Program-made: the position numbers and the translations under genes
Part shown: one piece after another, positions 61,532-64,000 of the stretch
How positions within the stretch are numbered: position 1 is the stretch's first letter
How the letters are laid out: every line of letters starts with the position of its first letter
Assembly (NCBI RefSeq): GCF_009914755.1
Contig: NC_060941.1
Origin: the human T2T-CHM13v2.0 reference genome, Homo sapiens
Length of the DNA: 64,000 nucleotides
Direction: 5' to 3' (one strand)
Notes under the pieces: generated by a model
The model's input: only the letters and a program-made list of their open reading frames with translations
What the model was told of the DNA's origin: nothing
Databases searched by the model: none

Positions 61532-62381
61532 GTGTTTTTTGTTTATAAAAGAAAAAATTTCCAGAGTGCACTTTACTCCCTGATAGGAGACTAAATTACT
61601 TAAATATAAATTTTAGAAGGTACGTGTTAAATTAACCTAATGAATTAGTAGCATTCAGAAGTGTTTGTATCTGTTAAAGATTCAAAATATACAAACTAAT
61701 TTCTTTTAATGGTGATTCTATTTCTAGTAAACTAAGGCAGAAATCATTATGCAGAAGAAACAGCACCCTGTTAACCATGTTCTTTTTATAAACCGTCTCT
61801 GTTCTCACTTTATTGTTAGGAAGGCGTAATCTGTTTTCATGTAATATAAGTACATGTGAGTCATGTTGAGTTTCTTCACTCATTTGTCCAATTCCCAGTC
61901 AACCTGTAGGTGGAGTTAACCTTTAGTTACATAATATAACGAAACAAACATTAAACCTACTGCTTCTGGGACAGTCTTCTCACCAAAACTCAGGGAAAAT
62001 GGGAGGGTGTTGCCACTGACTGACTTAATGAAAGTATCTGACAAATGTAAGGTCTTTCAAATAGTGAGATAAGAAATGTATATAAATTATTTGATCGACT
62101 ACTTACTTTCTATCTATACACACACACTATCAGTATATAATGTGTATTTTCATTTTATAGCTATTAAATATGAGGTTCTAGAATGAGTTTTCAGTTTGCA
62201 GAATTCTGAGAATCTAGTTCCAACACCTTTGAGAGGACAACAACCACAATTGCACTTGCCATATTTATTAGTCAAAATGAAGCGAAGTCAATCTGTTGAA
62301 AGCTTTGTTTTGTTTTTCTGATTAGTTTGTTTAATAAGACATTCAAATTATGATCTTTAATATAATTTCTTCCCCTAATAG

Positions 62382-62547
62382 CTTGGTGCTAACAGTGGTT
62401 TGCACATCATCATCTTTGATGAAATTGATGCCATCTGCAAGCAGAGAGGGAGCATGGCTGGTAGCACGGGAGTTCATGACACTGTTGTCAACCAGTTGCT
62501 GTCCAAAATTGATGGCGTGGAGCAGCTAAACAACATCCTAGTCATTG
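62382..62547 (+). CDS. NSF: NSF exon 10 (166 nt; [56 protein letters not shown]), D1 Walker B
   Basis: Acceptor tcccctaatag|CTT and donor TTG|gtatgt; Walker B IIIFDEID; phase 0 to 1. Confidence 0.98.
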
Positions 62548-62733
62548 GTATGTTTACTTTTTAAAAAAGTACTATTCATTCAAAAACGTTAGCCATAAGT
62601 TCTGAATTAAGATGTGTGTAGGTTGTGATTAAACTGTTTTGCCAGTGTTTCCAAATTAGAATCCAGTGATATTGAAGAATCTATTGTAATGCCTAGGCTT
62701 AATAGGAAAAATAAAAGATGGATTTCAGTCACT

Positions 62734-62811
62734 TGTAGGTTTAAGCTTATAGCTCACCCACAGGTGAAAAAGATGTAGGTTGAAGCTTATAGCTCACCCA
62801 AAAATGAAAAA
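62734..62811 (+). repeat. 40-bp tandem duplication
   Basis: tgtaggtt(t/g)aagcttatagctcaccca....tgaaaaa occurs twice (62734 and 62774). Confidence 0.92.
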
Positions 62812-62832
62812 TACACATGAAACAATGGAATG

Positions 62833-63043
62833 CAGTGGTTTTCAAACTGGGTCTTGCAGGCCTTCGGGGGTCCTCAGAGGTGCTTTCAGGGTCAGTGAGG
62901 GCCAGGGAGTGCGTTTCAGATCCTACATCACTATTATAACTTCCTCTTTTAGCTGTTTTATGTACTGAGGTGCTTCTGAAGATGACTTCTGGGGGAAAAA
63001 AAAAAAAAACACCCTGCTGTTTTATGAAGTCTGAAAACCACTG
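62833..63043. mobile_element. hAT-Charlie-type MITE
   Basis: Perfect 12-bp terminal inverted repeats cagtggttttca ... tgaaaaccactg. Confidence 0.75.
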
Positions 63044-63325
63044 GCCTGTAAAAAAGAGAAGGAACTTTGGAGTCAGAGAGATCGTGTCACATTGCCCCTC
63101 TGTCACTTTGACAGATTATTTACCCTTTGAATCTTAAATTTTCTTTTTAAATACTGGAAGTTTTCATAACATTTATATTCCATTGGCTTATACAGTAGTG
63201 AAATAGTAAAGCAAAGTCTCCTTAGCTTGTTAGGGAAATTACTATTCTTACATATACTAAAAGGACATTTGATTTTATTTTTGAACTCTGATCATTTGTT
63301 GTTTTGTTTTAACATCTGTGTTCAG

Positions 63326-63400
63326 GAATGACCAATAGACCAGATCTGATAGATGAGGCTCTTCTTAGACCTGGAAGACTGGAAGTTAAAATGGAGATAG
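63326..63400 (+). CDS. NSF: NSF exon 11 (75 nt; [26 protein letters not shown]), second region of homology with Arg fingers
   Basis: Acceptor gtgttcag|GA and donor TAG|gtaagg; phase 1 to 1. Confidence 0.98.
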
Positions 63401-63508
63401 GTAAGGAGATCTGTCACTGATTGGGTGTGTGGTGGGGGGAGTGGAGGCATTTAGAGTTCATTAACAGGAACAATGTCATATGGTGTAGTATTTTTTAGAA
63501 AAGGTTTA

Positions 63509-64000
<492 letters not shown>

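Overview
This is primate (human-like) intronic and exonic DNA covering the middle of NSF (N-ethylmaleimide-sensitive factor, the vesicle-fusing AAA+ ATPase; 17q21.31 in human), on the + strand. Nine coding exons are present; the first and last are cut by the window edges, and they probably correspond to exons 4-12. All have canonical GT-AG boundaries, splice together in one open frame, and encode the end of the N domain plus most of the D1 ATPase domain (Walker A GPPGCGKT, Walker [12 protein letters not shown] with arginine fingers). I cannot tell from the sequence whether this is NSF itself or its near-identical segmental-duplication copy (NSFP1). The rest is intron, dense in Alu, old L1, L2/MIR, DNA-transposon and MLT2 relics. 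Apart from the exon-8 portion of 12773..13072, the supplied ORFs are Alu-derived, antisense shadows of exons, or chance ORFs. I found no new protein-coding system. The strongest non-obvious observations are: (1) a tandem array of three RE1/NRSE (REST) motifs in intron 4; (2) a candidate 14-nt frameshifting microexon with a neural-microexon-like acceptor in intron 8; (3) inverted AluY elements flanking exons 5-8, whose 507-nt circle would be a stop-free rolling ORF; (4) a three-way templated insertion fossil inside an L1; (5) a 132-bp Alu-arm tandem array made by unequal crossover. Exon and residue numbers and repeat subfamily names come from recall and manual reading, not from a database search, and repeat boundaries are approximate.
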